From: Yuukianura sp. NJ FZ-2021
Lineage: Eukaryota
DNA: 64,000 nucleotides
Direction: 5' to 3'
Assembly (NCBI GenBank): GCA_046563655.1
Contig: CM102283.1
Span: 8,308,001 to 8,372,000 of the forward strand
This document shows positions 15,401-28,900 of the stretch, piece by piece (position 1 is the first letter of the stretch; every line of letters begins with the position of its first letter). The translations under genes were made by a program, and so were the position numbers. The notes beneath the pieces are model-generated. The model did no database searches. It was given only the letters and a program-made list of their open reading frames with translations, and was not told where the DNA came from.

Positions 15401-15864
15401 CTCCATCGGAATCCAATTGACTCAAGACTACTTTCTATGTTCAAGTACTGAATTCTGAACAGTATTCTGAACAGCATCTTCCACTTTTCAAACTTCCCTC
15501 CCGCCTAACCACTCTCACCCTCCATCATTCCGGGCTTCTGCAAACATTCATTTCCTCCCCCTCTCCAAACACTTCAAAAACAAAAAAAAATTATGAAGCT
15601 TTTTGGTCTCGGTTTTGTTAAGACTTTAAGACGATTTGTAATTTGGGTGATGCTGGAAGAAAAAAAAACGAAACTAAACGAAAAAGTTTAAAACTCTTCA
15701 AAACTTGAACATTCAAAAGCTCTGAACTGAAAATTCAAAACTGAAAGTTCGAATTTTGAAAGTTTTGACACAACCAATGGAAAAGTTTTAGCATAAATTA
15801 TTGTTGTATTGAAGTTTTTATTAAAAATTGATTTTTTGTTTTCATTTTTTTCAGGACTAAGACG

Positions 15865-18538
15865 ATGGTTGGATCAAAATTCAAGTGTTGGATGGAAACT
15901 CAAGTAGCGAAAGTTCGCGTATCGAAAGCCAGACCGTGGAGAGTTCGTGAAGACGGTACCGGAAGTTCCGGCGTACCGAGTTCCAGTAGCAACGATACTT
16001 CGATACTGCTAGGAGGCGGTAGCAGCATGGGATCATTTACGCACAACCTATCGTCGCCCGATACTGGCTACTCTACTGACGGCTACTCACCGAAGAGCCA
16101 GCATCCACCATTTCCAGCACAAATCAATGCTGTCCCAGTATCCAAGACAAGCATTCTGACACAAAGTAGAGCTCAACGGCCTGAAAACGCGCAGAATCAG
16201 ATCTTGGCTTCGTTCATTTCATCTTCTGGACTCCGACCAGCCCAAGAATCACCTAGAAAACCGCCGCGGTTGAGCAAAATCAAACAGCAACTGGAACAGC
16301 AGCAACAGCAGGAAATCACGAATACTGCCGAGGTCAAAGTTGAATGTGACATTTCAAAAATTAGAACTTCGGTGGTATCGTCAAGCGGAGATTCTGGACA
16401 GGGTACGCTCGGCAGCAATCGTCATTCGGGAGAGTCCTTCGGCCATCTTCGGTTTCCAAATATTAATGAAGAACCGCGGGAAACTGAAATTTTAAGCGAT
16501 TGGGCTCCTACTGACGAAGATGTTGACGAAGGCGTTCTGACTCCCACTCCAACTCCACCGCCATGTCCACGGTCACCTTGCCCCGGTAAGTCTAAAAAAA
16601 TCAAATTAAAGTTAACTTTTTATGAAACTTGAACTTTTTCGTTTTTGTGGAAGGCATACCCGATGCATCAGTTATCCAAACTTCTGAATTGCCCAAGGCC
16701 TATGACACGCTCCAGCTTCTCAATCAGTGCAATCACGTCTTTCCACTTCCATCTTGTACAGGGCCACGGTGCCTCCAAGCTCAATCCGAATCGCGTGCAG
16801 GCAACTCACGAAAACGCGGGAAATCAAGCGGTCCCTTTGGGTTTTTCAAAAAGCTGTTTAAACGGAAATCTTCAGTTGAGCGTGACCTGCCAGAAAATAG
16901 TCGTGGAAAACCGATTAGAACTGGTCCAGGAACGTACTGGCTCACTCCAACTCCAAATTCCTTTAGAAAGAGAACTCTAGATGCTGGCAACTACTGCTCA
17001 ACTACTATTCCAAAGGGAGTCAAAAGTGACATCATTCGACTACCACAAACGACCCCAACTACACTGCCAACTTCAACCTCAACACCAACACATATCGCTC
17101 CTCGTGACTCCCCGTTTCTTTCCCGCCTAAATTCAACAGCAGCATCCCCAGCATCTATTAGATTCAAACCACAACAAATCGTGACTCCAATACATCAGTC
17201 TCCACGGCCAATGCTGGCATTTGCAGGATCCGAAGACATGTTGCCACCACGTCTCCCGCCACCAAACATTCCTACAACCAATAGAATTCAACCACCGAGT
17301 TACAACAATTACTCACCGATTCATCGCTTAGTGGTGACTACTGGTGTCCATCCGTTTCATCATCATCATCGTCCAGCTCCAGAATCTCCGTTAGTCCGAG
17401 CTTTACATACACGTCCACCACCACCTCCTCCTCCAAGACAAGCGATTACGCCAATTCTGGTACCGAAAGGACTCGATCATGGTTCGTCCCGGTACCAGTA
17501 CATTCCTTCGTCCAATCAGAACTCTCCAAATTTGAATCACGTCGTCCCGCGAAGAGTATCTCTGCCATCAGTTACGTTTGAGGCGAAACATTACTATGCT
17601 TCACCGTTGACTCAAAATTCCTGCCATGCGCAAAGACTGCAGCCTCCAGTATCAGCTGTTCCTCCAGTCCAGTATCAGCCACATCAGGGTTTTGAAATTG
17701 ACCGAATTTATGAAAAAGTTGAAGGAACGGAAGTTAGCGATGAGGGAGACGGAGAAGGCGGAGTTTATGAAATCGATGATGTATCATGGGGTGACTCGGA
17801 ATTGAGTGTCAGTCAAGGTCAAGAGTCAAGTCGTTCTAGACAATCCCAGTCGTCAGCACAAGCGAGCCAATCAGCGCTCCCGAGAACTGTTCAAATGGAA
17901 CCTCCAGCGCCAAGATTCCCGCCAACATCTTGGAACTTTACCAAAACGGAACTGAAACTGTTAGAAAAAGAGGCGGATTTGAAATACCAAAAGTTACTTT
18001 GGGAGGCTGAATTACTTTTACGTCAATTTACTATCGATGACAATAGAAAAGTCAACTTACAAAATATTCCAAGACAACGTGTTCAGCATGTCCAGCATCA
18101 GGAACGTCGAGAAACGTTTAGAGAATGTTCGCCAGCAAGTGACCCGCTACGACGAAAGGTAAACCCTTTTGGTCATTAGCACTAAAACAATAAGCGCGAA
18201 TTCCACAAGTTGGCAACAGTGGAACTAAACATTATGGGTTTGATTTCATTGGTAATGCACGTTCAGTGTTGCCAACTTGTGGAATTCGCGCTTATTGTTT
18301 TCGAGCTAATGACCTGGAACCATTTTTCATGGCTTATTCCTTATGGCTAAGGTGAAAGGTCAGTGATTAATGATATTTTCTTGATTAATTGTAGACCTAT
18401 GACTGCTGGGCTTTACGTCGACTACAACAGGAGTTGGCACTTGCTTCACCGCCAGTTCTTCATCGTTCCCGCCACAATCTTCAGCCGAGTAATCCACATA
18501 ATCCCAAACTCAATCATCATCATCATCCAGTCATCTGA
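15865..18538 (+). CDS. Uncharacterised Pro/Ser-rich, probably largely disordered protein (3 coding exons)
   Basis: Exons 15865-16585, 16654-18158 and 18395-18538 join in frame across GT-AG introns. An acceptor (tttttcag) ends at 15854, just before the ATG. Long ORFs (255 and 516 aa); no domain recognised. Confidence 0.8.
18171..18314. mobile_element. Fold-back / MITE-like inverted repeat in intron 2 of the unknown gene
   Basis: Left arm ggtcattagc..aaaacaataagcgcgaattccacaagttggcaaca pairs with right arm tgttgccaacttgtggaattcgcgcttattgtttt..gctaatgacc. Confidence 0.75.
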
Positions 18539-18820
18539 AGTTACGGTGTATAGTCTGCAAAAGATCTAGTAAAAATTCATTAAGTTAAGATTAACCGGAA
18601 GTAGAGTTAGAAAAAAAAACGTTGAAGGAAACCATCATCATCATCACTTGTATACGATACTCTTGATTAACTCCTAACTTGATTAAAACTTTTAATTACA
18701 ACCGGGATAATCTCAAAAGGTAAAAATTAATTAACAGCGAAGATATGTCTCAAAGTATGAATGTGGCATCGTTGTACCGTCATTCAGAGTTTTGGCAGTG
18801 AGTATTTCCTATAGTCAGAG

Positions 18821-20139
18821 TTATTGGTAACTTAAAGTTTCTGGAGTTCTCCAGAATTCAACGGCATGTAAAAGTTGCGGGGTAAAACGTTTCCCTTCAA
18901 CTGATTGTGAGATAAACTTTAGAAATTCGTTTTGAGTGGAAGCACTCGTTCCGATTGGAAACGTTACGGACGGATGAGGTTGAATAATTCCTTTGACAAC
19001 GTTCAGTTCCACTTGGTTTGCTCCAAGGCCATTAAAAAATCCGACTGACTTTGTGACAGTAAAGTCTGGAGTTTTTCCAAATGTCCATTCCCAGCTACTA
19101 AAGTGTGATTTGATTTCATCCAAACCTGGAAACCAATCGTCTGTGGGATTCAGAAGTTGATAGCCTCGTTGATGAGCTGCAAAGACATCGTCTTGATGGA
19201 CACCATTTGCATCTGTCCGTAAAAACTCATCGCCGATAAAACGCAAAACTTGCCCCACTGTCACGTCGTGGCTGGATGATTTTAAGTTCGTCACCGGAGA
19301 TTTTTTGCTTTTTGTTGCTCTTGACACAAATCCATCCTGTAATCATTCAAAATTACTGTCTTTTATCATGATAATGTTACCATTTTTATATAATCCTGTT
19401 GTTACCGTATTTGGATTCAGTAGACTGGACAAGGTCTTCAAATCAGAATCCACGAGCAATGTGCAGTGATGGTAAGCACTTTTGCCAAGCTTCGATGCTG
19501 TTCCGGAAACCTTAAAATGGTAATCAGTCTTATACAGTGAAAACACTCCCTGCTCTATATTTACCTTTGCCCCATCCAGAACCAAGTCATCTTTGCAATT
19601 GATGTCCAGGAGTAATCCCAGTTTCGTCAACGCCTTTTGAATAATTGTCAAGTTGAAGCGACGATTATAGTCAGTCCGAGGTGTAAAAAAGCTGCAGTTT
19701 AGATTTCCTTTGTCATGGTACACGGCTCCTCCACCCGAATTCCTTCTTGCCACACAAACGTTGGCTCGTTCTGCTTCGTCAACATCCACTTCCGTCCATA
19801 TATTTTGATGACGTCCTATAACCAGAGTTGGATCGTTTTGCCATAGAAGAAGGACACGATGATGTTGAAAATCGGCGTGACGATACAACCAGTCCTCCAG
19901 AGCTAGATTTGTGAAGATATCATTGGATTGCGATATGAAAACGGACTTTTCCGGCGACGAGGGCATTCGAGTAGCTGCCGAAGTACTTCCATTTCTGAAG
20001 TTGATTGATTCGACCGTTGTTCGTCTAAAAATCGTCACGCCTGTTCTGTATACCTAAAAGAATAATGCAACATCCACATTAATCTCCAAAATAATTTTTA
20101 AAAAAAATGAAAAAATTTTACTTGGAAAGGAAGATTCAT
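18821..20139 (-). CDS. LIPT1: Lipoyltransferase 1, mitochondrial (lipoate-protein ligase family)
   Basis: Motifs NLALEDWLY, VIGRHQN, RRNSGGGAVYHDKGNLN, KVSGTASKLG, HHCTLL and WEWTFGKTP. Exons 20122-20139, 19565-20053, 19406-19510 and 18821-19336 have GT-AG boundaries. Confidence 0.95.
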
Positions 20140-20314
20140 TGCTGACTGACAATTCATTCCCTGGACGTCCGGCCATAGATTTTACGTCCCCCTACAAAAA
20201 TCTTCCGCAAAATCGACAATTAATCAATCGATTAACCGTAATCAACTTAAAAAAAAACAAAACAAAAGACAAACACATGTTAAAAACAAAACATCCGCCT
20301 CGTCACAACAAATA

Positions 20315-20324
20315 GGTCACACTA
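20315..20324 (+). promoter_or_regulatory. Near match to the housekeeping core-promoter Motif 1 (YGGTCACACTR)
   Basis: GGTCACACTA about 180 bp upstream of the LIPT1 ATG, on the opposite strand; the first consensus base is mismatched. Confidence 0.3.
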
Positions 20325-20586
20325 GCGGTGGTACAAAGTCGACGCCTCATATTTTTTAAAAATACAATCCTGGGCATCCATCCAAGCACAACATGCTTTT
20401 CGAAATTTCGATAAAAAAAACACCCTAAACATAAAATAAATGTTAAACAATATTTTATTGAAATTGGATTTTGTAAAGTCAAATCTGGAATCATGTTAAC
20501 AATTTCCGCTTCAAATGGCCATGTTCGGTCATTCTTAGTAACAAAGGAGGCCGTCTCAGCACTTTTTGAACAACCACAACTGTCAA

Positions 20587-20791
20587 CGCGCGAATTTTAA
20601 ATTCTCTACATTCCCCTACTTCGGTGGAATTTTTAAGTTGCAACATTCCTCAATTCCGCGAAAGTTCCAACCTTAACACTCCTTCGCGGCGAACCTTTTC
20701 AAATTTATCATTGTTTACAATTTCTTTGCGAATTTTAAAATTACAACATTCTTAAAATAGAACGCGGAAATTTTGAAATTTTAACATTCCC
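20587..20791. repeat. Degenerate minisatellite, about 6 units of 30-40 bp
   Basis: Recurring pattern cgcgaatttt(aa)a...aacattcc seen by eye. Confidence 0.4.
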
Positions 20792-22923
20792 TTCATTCCT
20801 TTCTACTTTTCTGCTCTCCTTCCTGGATAAAAGTCTGTTCCAAAGAAAAACAAGCATTGTGAAGAACATATTGCGATGTTACTGACAGGATTATGAATCG
20901 GTTAAAGGTCAGACTACAATAGGGCACGCGGAGGCACGTAGCCTTTTTAATTCCAGAACACGGAACATTCTCATGTTTTCCATTCCAGTTGTACGTCAAT
21001 TGTCAATTGGTTTCATTTTAATTCCAAACTTGGACTTTTTCCTGATCACGCTATGTTTATTACACACGATCCCAGAACATCCGTTGGCAAATAAATCCTT
21101 GTCCTAGATGCTCTGATCCTAAAAATATCCCAAGCATTTAAAAGAAAATTAACTCAAAAGTCAAGTTAAATCTGTTCTTTGCTCTTATGGCCAACGTGAC
21201 TCTAAAACTCTTATCCGTAGGCTTATCGTCCATTGACGTGAAAGAAACAATAGAATTTGTTTCCGTCGTCTGTGCTTACAGATACTCCAGGAATAGGTTG
21301 ACGACACAGTTTACCAAACGTTAATTCCTCATCATCACTCTTGACTTTTTGAAAATTCAAACAGGAAGACTTCAATTTGAACAATTGACGACTTTTTAGT
21401 ACAAACAAGTCACTGCTGATGTATCTCTACTTTGGACTCCAACTTAGTTCTGGAATGGTCAATTGAAACTCATAATAGACGCAGATTGATCCAACTGGAA
21501 ATCTCTGGAAAAAACAAATTCAATCCACTTTTTGGCAACCTGCCAAACCATCTTCCAGCTCCATGAATTTTGTATAAAAGTTTCAATTTTTTGCAATTCC
21601 TGGAACTTTTTTCTCGTTAAACTTTCCTCAAACAATTTATTCATCCTGCGCACTTTTCTCAGATTTTGATTCATGCTCAGCGCAACTTACGTCTGCAGAG
21701 TTCAAACCTATCAATCAAAATTTCAGTCATCGTTTTCCATAATTTCCAAACAATGAAACCTTTGTTTTTTAGTTTTTTGTTTCAACTTTTTGTTTTTTAC
21801 TTCAAATTCCAAAGTTTGAAATTCCAAGACTAACTGAAACTAGTAGCCACTAGCCATGAATTCAGAAGTCACACAAAAAGTTCAAAAAGCTGCTAAACCT
21901 GATTGGATCTTTGTCTGAATTAATTTGGCACATCCCCACCGACTTCATCAAAAAAGTGAAATAAAAAGGAACCAGATTGAACTGCAACTTCCAATTCAAC
22001 TTCAAATCCAAATATCCACACAGTATACTAAACCAAGTGCACAGAACGTGCAAATAAAAAGCGAAAACTTAAGTCTTTCTTTTCTGTAAATCTTGCAACC
22101 CACCAACCACAAAAGTTCTATTGTTCGTGTTCCTGAATTTCCAGAAAATACGGAGATTTTTTTTTATCTCGGAACATGGTAACGTGATCTCTAATTTCAA
22201 AAAATTCCGTTTTTAAACCTATCTTTAGAAATTCTGGAAGTGTGTTGTGATTCTTAATTTTTTTGAAACCATCTCGTGATTGTTTTTTTTTTTTTGAAAC
22301 AGTATCTCCAGGATTACTCAACTTTAAATCACGTCTTTATCAACTCCCAACACATTTAAAGACAATTAAACGTCATAGGATGTTCAACACTTAGCAAAAA
22401 CAACGTCAGCCTCCTATACACTACACTCTCCAAGCGCTAATCTTCCAGCGTAACAAGCTACTTGTTTCACATCCTACTTGACGCTGAACCGGAACGCTTC
22501 GATCTGCGACGTCGCAAAGCGCCCCAAACTGAAATCAACCTAAATTTAACAAAATCAAAACACTTTTTGAATCCTCAATTGGAAGCAGTGTTGACATTAC
22601 GTTCTGACCAACCACTCGTTCTACAACAACCTTTACGGTAAGACACAAAAACCGCAGTCAAAATTTAACAACTTAAGTAATCACCAAGTACACGATCCGT
22701 CTTAACCGCAGAAAGGTCTAATTAGCTCGCAGTGTACTAAGGCATACACGCAAAAAATTTATACCGCACACCACAAAAATTTCCGTGTCAGACTTTTCAG
22801 TTTCATTTTGACCTAGAAGCTATAATTTTCATAACTTTCAAAGCTTAGCGTAGTCTCATTTATGCTTAGTTTTCAAAAAGTTAGATTTTGATTTTTAAAA
22901 AGTTAGTCTTTGGAATTTCAAAG

Positions 22924-25900
22924 ATGGAAACCAATCATATTCAAAATAACGCGCCTCCGGCGCAAGTGTCGTCGAAGCCATCGCCCCTCAAAAGAAACAA
23001 ATCCAAAGTATGGTGGAAATCAACCCTGGAGGTACAAAATTCCTTTGTTCTAAAATTATTTTTTGCACACACTTTGAAATTTGCAAACTGCAAACAAGTT
23101 GTCATTTTTTGCAAATTGAAGTCTCAATCAGTTGTCATTGTTGCGAATTGAAATGACATTGAACGCATAGTAATTCCATTTGCTAAAAACAACTTTGTCA
23201 CCCCCTGTATTAGCTTTTTGCAAGGTTCAAAAACTCGTCATGTCTAAAAGTTACTTCATCGCGTCGTCAAGCATCATCAGTCAAAAATGTTTTAGCGAAA
23301 GTCACTTTTGATTTGTTGACGATTGCAAACGTCAAGTCAAGTCACAAAGTCTAAAAAAAATTAAGTTAGTCAAAAGTTTTGCATGGACAAGGTGACACTG
23401 AGACGACAGGATTTTGGCGGTCACCTTTCGTCCAGAAAGTTCGGACAGGATAAAAGAGGATAAAGAGGAGATAAAGATAAAGATTTGAGGATAAAATCAT
23501 CCAAGGTTGAACGGTACCGAGGTACATGAAATTTTCTGAACTCTGGACACGGTTTCGACACACAAGTTTTGATTCCTGGCGCCAAAAAACCGTTCTGGAC
23601 TGGTTTGAAATGACGAACTGGCATTTCCAAACCTTTTGACTGTTCTTAGCGCTTTAAAAGCTGAGCTGTTTGGAATTGGGGTCATGCAATTATGGATTAA
23701 GGTCAGGAGCCACTCATTTAGTAAAGTTAGCAGCGTAGGCGTGGTGGTCGGGAATTTGTATGACCGAGGTCAGCACAGGTCACGACGGCCTCCTTTGACT
23801 CTGGCCTCATCTTCACCTTGTGAGATTCATCGTAGCGTTAGCATTTTTAGTACTTTTAGTGCATCTTATGTTTCCAATTTCATGGAAAAGCACTGGGAAC
23901 TTGTAAGTTGCAGACCTGACCTTTGGGCTCCATAAAGACACGCATGGGTACTGCAAAAAGTAGTTTTTAAGGAGGTTGCTGTGAATAATGGTGACACAAG
24001 ATGTTTAGACTTTGGATAACCTATGGTGATCTGCGTGACAATTTTTACAATTGGTGGAGACACGACCATCTACTTGTAATTAAGATTCATCAGTTCCACT
24101 TTTCCAGCCCTCCAGAACTTTTTTGAGTGTCAGACTGAGGAAACACAGTCACAAACAAACAATAAGTAACAGACAGACGACGCTAAAGTAAGTTGCGAAA
24201 TTATAGACGTGACGTAGAACACACGCTCCACGTCAACGTTTTAGTATTTAATAGTCTTCTGCTTCCATTTAGGTACGCAGTTCCCTTGTTTTTAAATTAT
24301 TCCGTATTCACACATATTCCACAACTGTTTGGCAACTTTTTTGAATTTGGGCGCAACATTTTGGAACAATTTTTCCTTTCTGCGCAGGTTCACATGATGG
24401 AGTCAAGGTGGGAAGGGGGCAGTCATAAGGGCGAACCAGGGTGGACCTTTGACCAAGAAGGCTCCGAACATGAAGTGTACCCGCTATTCTGCGAAATGTG
24501 TCAACTCGTCCCGGATGACCGGGTTGGCCGACTAGAGTGGCGGGAAACTGCAAGGTATGTCACCATTTTCAAATTTTTTTCAAATTTCAAAGCTAAAAAA
24601 ACTCGGCTCTGCAATTCACAAATTACGCTATCCATTATAAGGGCCCCCCGACACCGAAACCTCGACAAAAAATGTTTAAAACAATAAAAAATTCCTATCA
24701 CGGGTGAACCAGGTTTGCGGGAAATTTAAACCAATTCAAATAAATCAAATTATATTTAATTCAGTATATTTATTTATAAGTAGTACATTAATTTGTTTAT
24801 TGCATAGTATAGCAATTTCCATAAATTCATTGAAACATATTATTATATCAATTGTTATAGTATGTAGTATATGAATTGATATATTATTATATCAATTTTT
24901 GTATTAAATAGGATATTAATATATATATTTAATGATTATGCCCCGGGGGCAGGAGTTTTTTTGTGATTACGTAATTTGTGGGTACCTTTGTATAACCTGT
25001 TGGCGTCTCATTCAGACCTTACTCACCACGTAACTATTTTTCCAGTGACTGTTGTTTGTAAACCTGGTTTTTAAATTGAATGTTGTTAAATTACAGGTTA
25101 ATTAAAATTTCCCAGTATTTCCCCCAATTACTTGTGTGGTATGCAGATGAATTCGGCTGTAATTTTCCAGTACGATTACCAAGAGACACATTCAATTACT
25201 TTTATTGCGTCTTTTCAATTGTATGAAACTTAAGTTAACAAGACGCCATAGCCTCAATTGCCCGTTTTTTGCAACAAGTTTTTAATTCTCTGCAGATTAA
25301 GCCTTTCAAAGCACGTACCATTCAAAAAGTCTCGTCATGTCCATGTCACATTTTTGCCCAAGGACAACTTTTTGTGTCCAAAAGTGTCCACTTTTGAATT
25401 ATGTCCTTGACCTGACACCATATTTCATTTACATATTATTATATTTATATTATATGTTACATTATATTATAGGTGGGTCAAATATGAAGAGGATGTGGAG
25501 CAACGTGGAGTTCGGTGGTCCAAGCCCTTCGTTCCTACCGTGGCCCTTAAGTCCCTCTACGACCTCAAGGAAATCCTCACAACGCAGCCAGTTCTGCTCA
25601 ACGTTGAAATTGAATCTTTAGAGCGTACGTGTGGAACAGTAGTTGACGCATGGGCCAAAGGTGGACTTCTGGATGACGCAGAACGCATGCGCGTGCTCCA
25701 AGCACTCCTCAGACGCCATGTCCACTTGTACGAACGGCCTAGCGGAGTGGCTACGCTTGGAATCCAGCCTGCTTGTCTCACTAAACAAAGAAAATGTAAT
25801 ATAACCTGAAAATTATTTAAATTTTTAGCCTACCTTACTAGGTACTAACTTAACTAAAGTCAAAATTTTCTCGAAATTCCGGTTTTTCGGAATTCCAAAT

Positions 25901-28900
25901 TTTTAATTAATTGTTATTTCATGTTTCCATTTTCTACTTTTTTGAAGTGACAAGACGTCCGAGTGAATTTTTGAGAAGGCCTAGCCTAGGATCAATGCGC
26001 GTAGAACCGGTCAAGGATCCTAGCAAGGTATGGACACGTAATGTTTACGCTGGAAAAACTCAAACTTACCTAAAATTTTGAGAAAAAAAAATTTTTTTTC
26101 TTCTGATTTTTAGAAAAATGTAAATTTTATGAGAAAACTTCCAAGGAATTCAGAGTCGGCCAATATTTTGGTAGGAGAGATGAGTATTTTGAAAAAACCG
26201 ATTGCCGCCTTTTTACGTTTGAAAGAGGCGCGTGTACTGGGGAACATCACAGAAGTCCCTCTGCCTACCCGCTTTGTTTTCTTCCTCCTTGGCCCACCGA
26301 ATGCTCACTTTGACTATGTTGAGCTAGGGAGGGCCCTTGGAGCCCTTATGACCGATCCTAAGTTCAAGGAAGACGCGTACTTGGCAGATACGAGGGAGAG
26401 ACTACTGGAAGGGCTGGACACTTTTCTAAATGCTACGTCAATTCTGCCTCCAGCTACGTGGGACGCTTCCATCAAAATTGAACCACCTTCAATGGAACAG
26501 GTAAAAAATGAAAATTTAATATTTTTTAAATTCAAAAATTCCCGCCACAAAATTTTTAAAAAAATATTTCCGCAGCATTCCAGTTCTGGAGACTGTTCGG
26601 ACGACGAGGACAATGAAGACAATGGGTTGAAAAGAACTGGGAAATTCTTTGGCGGGCTCGTCAAAGACATCAAAAGGAAAGCTCCTTGGTAAGTTTTTCG
26701 GTGGAGAATTCTCCACGGAGAATTGTTCCCGGTACTCTAAAAATGCAAAATATTCAAAAACTGTTAAAATTATGTAAAAATATGGGTATATAATGTATAA
26801 TATGGTTGACCTTTGACCTTAGGTATTTGTCGGAGTTCACTGACGCTCTGTCGCTCCAGTGCCTGGCGACATGGTTGTTCCTCTACTTTGCCTGCCTCAC
26901 TCCCATGATAACTTTCGGTGGACTCATGGGCATTGCGACGCATAATAACATGGGTACCATGGAAACGATGGTCGCCGGATGCATTTGCGGTGTCATCTTT
27001 GCTCTGTTTAGTGGTCAACCACTCATTATCCTCGGCTCAACCGGTCCTGTGCTGGTTTTCGAAAAAATCCTGGTCCACTTTTGCGAGTACGAACTTAGCT
27101 TAAGACAAAATTTTTTGAAAATTGACTATTAACTAACTAATTAATCGATTAATTACTTAATTAATTTTAGGTCGAATCAACTGGACTACATGGAGTTTCG
27201 ATTCTGGGTGGGAATGTGGGTGGCAGCGACAATGCTGATACTGGTGGCAACAGATGCCAGTGCATTTGTTTCCTACATTACAAGATTTACCGAAGAAAAC
27301 TTTGCCACGTTGGTGGCAATCATTTTCATGGTAGAAGCTGTCAAGGTATGAACTTACTAGGATTTTACGTTTTACGTAAATCGTAAATTGTAAATACGTA
27401 AATTTACTTTTTAGAACGTAATGCTAATTCGACATGGACCGTCAGTATCTGCCTTGAAAATGCTGAATCCGAATGACACCAGTGACAATCAGACCCACTT
27501 GATAACAATTGCTGAGAATGTGACCAAGGCATGGGCATGGGACTACGAAGTTGACTCTGATGAACCTACTCGTAGTTTGAATGTAAATTTTTCAAAAAAT
27601 GAAAGAATTTCAAAATTTTGAAAAGTTTTTGACTTTGTTCTTTAGGATTCTTACATTGACGATGATGAGGCTGACAGGCCAGTGAAGGCCAAGCTGACTC
27701 CGTACGAACAAGAGCGTCGTTTATCCATTTTCTTAACTTCACTCCTCCTCTTCGCTGGAACTTTTTTCGTGTCGTACATTTTCAAAGAATTTCGAAACTC
27801 CTCCTTCTTTCCAACCTGCGTACGCCATCTAGTGAGTGACTTTGCCGTGGTCATTGCCATTCTGAGCATGTCACTTCTGGACATGGGCCTTGGAGTGGAC
27901 ACGCCCAAACTCGTCGTTCCTGAAAAATTTGAACCGACAAGAAAAGATCGTGGGTGGGTGGTCAATCCAGTGCGGGCGAATCCTGTTTGGACCATTTTTG
28001 CAGCATCGATTCCAGCACTTCTTGCCTCCATTTTGATTTTCATGGATCAGCAAATCACTGCTGTCATTATCAACAGGAAAGATCATAAGCTCAAGGTAAG
28101 TTTTCAAAAAGTTAACCGAATAATCAGGGATGTCAAACATATTTAGTTTCCATTCTGTCAATTTTACAAAACACATATGTGAATGGTTTTGTTACTAAAT
28201 ATTTATTATATTTATTATACTTGCCCATTCCATTAATGTTAAATAAGTAAATACAGTGGATTCTCTAAATAAGGGACAGGAGCTCCTCCTCTTTCTCACT
28301 TTCACTCGAAGTCGCGGTACCGTAAAGTTTTAATTTTGGAGGGAACGTATGTTTCAGTTTATCGGCTTATTTTTTACGATTGTTTTTTTTTTTTTGGTTA
28401 ATTTTTTTTGGTGCGAAACAAAAGTAATTAGATAATTAAATAAAATTAACTAATATTAATATATCTGCGCACAACCTGCGCAACAGCGCACAACCTGCGC
28501 AACAGCGCACAACCTGCGCAACAGCGCACAACCTGCGCAACAGCGCACAACCTGCGCAACAGCGCACAACCTGCGCAACAGCGCACAACCTGCGCAACAG
28601 GGCACAACCTGCGCAACAGCGCACTGTATATAATATAATATATTATATAACCTGTTTAATAAGGGTGACATTCACAACGTAATTTGCATATAATATACCA
28701 TATAATATTGATTAGTATATAGATATCACATATAATTAGCATTAATATATGAATATTATGTATATTAATATTAATTATATACTCTGAACTTCGAAACAGG
28801 AAATTTTCATTAGAATGGTGTTCCTAGCCTTAAATTCCATATAACTGACCGTTTACCAGAAATCTTACGGTACTGGGGGAGGCGCCTGCTACCAATCCTC

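Noticed and set aside
21223-21740. Possible small minus-strand gene between LIPT1 and SLC4
   Set aside because: Short ORFs with no homology cue and no convincing exon chain.
26701-26716. Perfect 16-bp palindrome gtggagaattctccac in an SLC4 intron
   Set aside because: Isolated and short, with no further structure to support a function.
28436-28671. Cys-rich repeat ORFs (RCCAGCALL..)
   Set aside because: Translations of the 19-bp minisatellite inside an intronic MITE.
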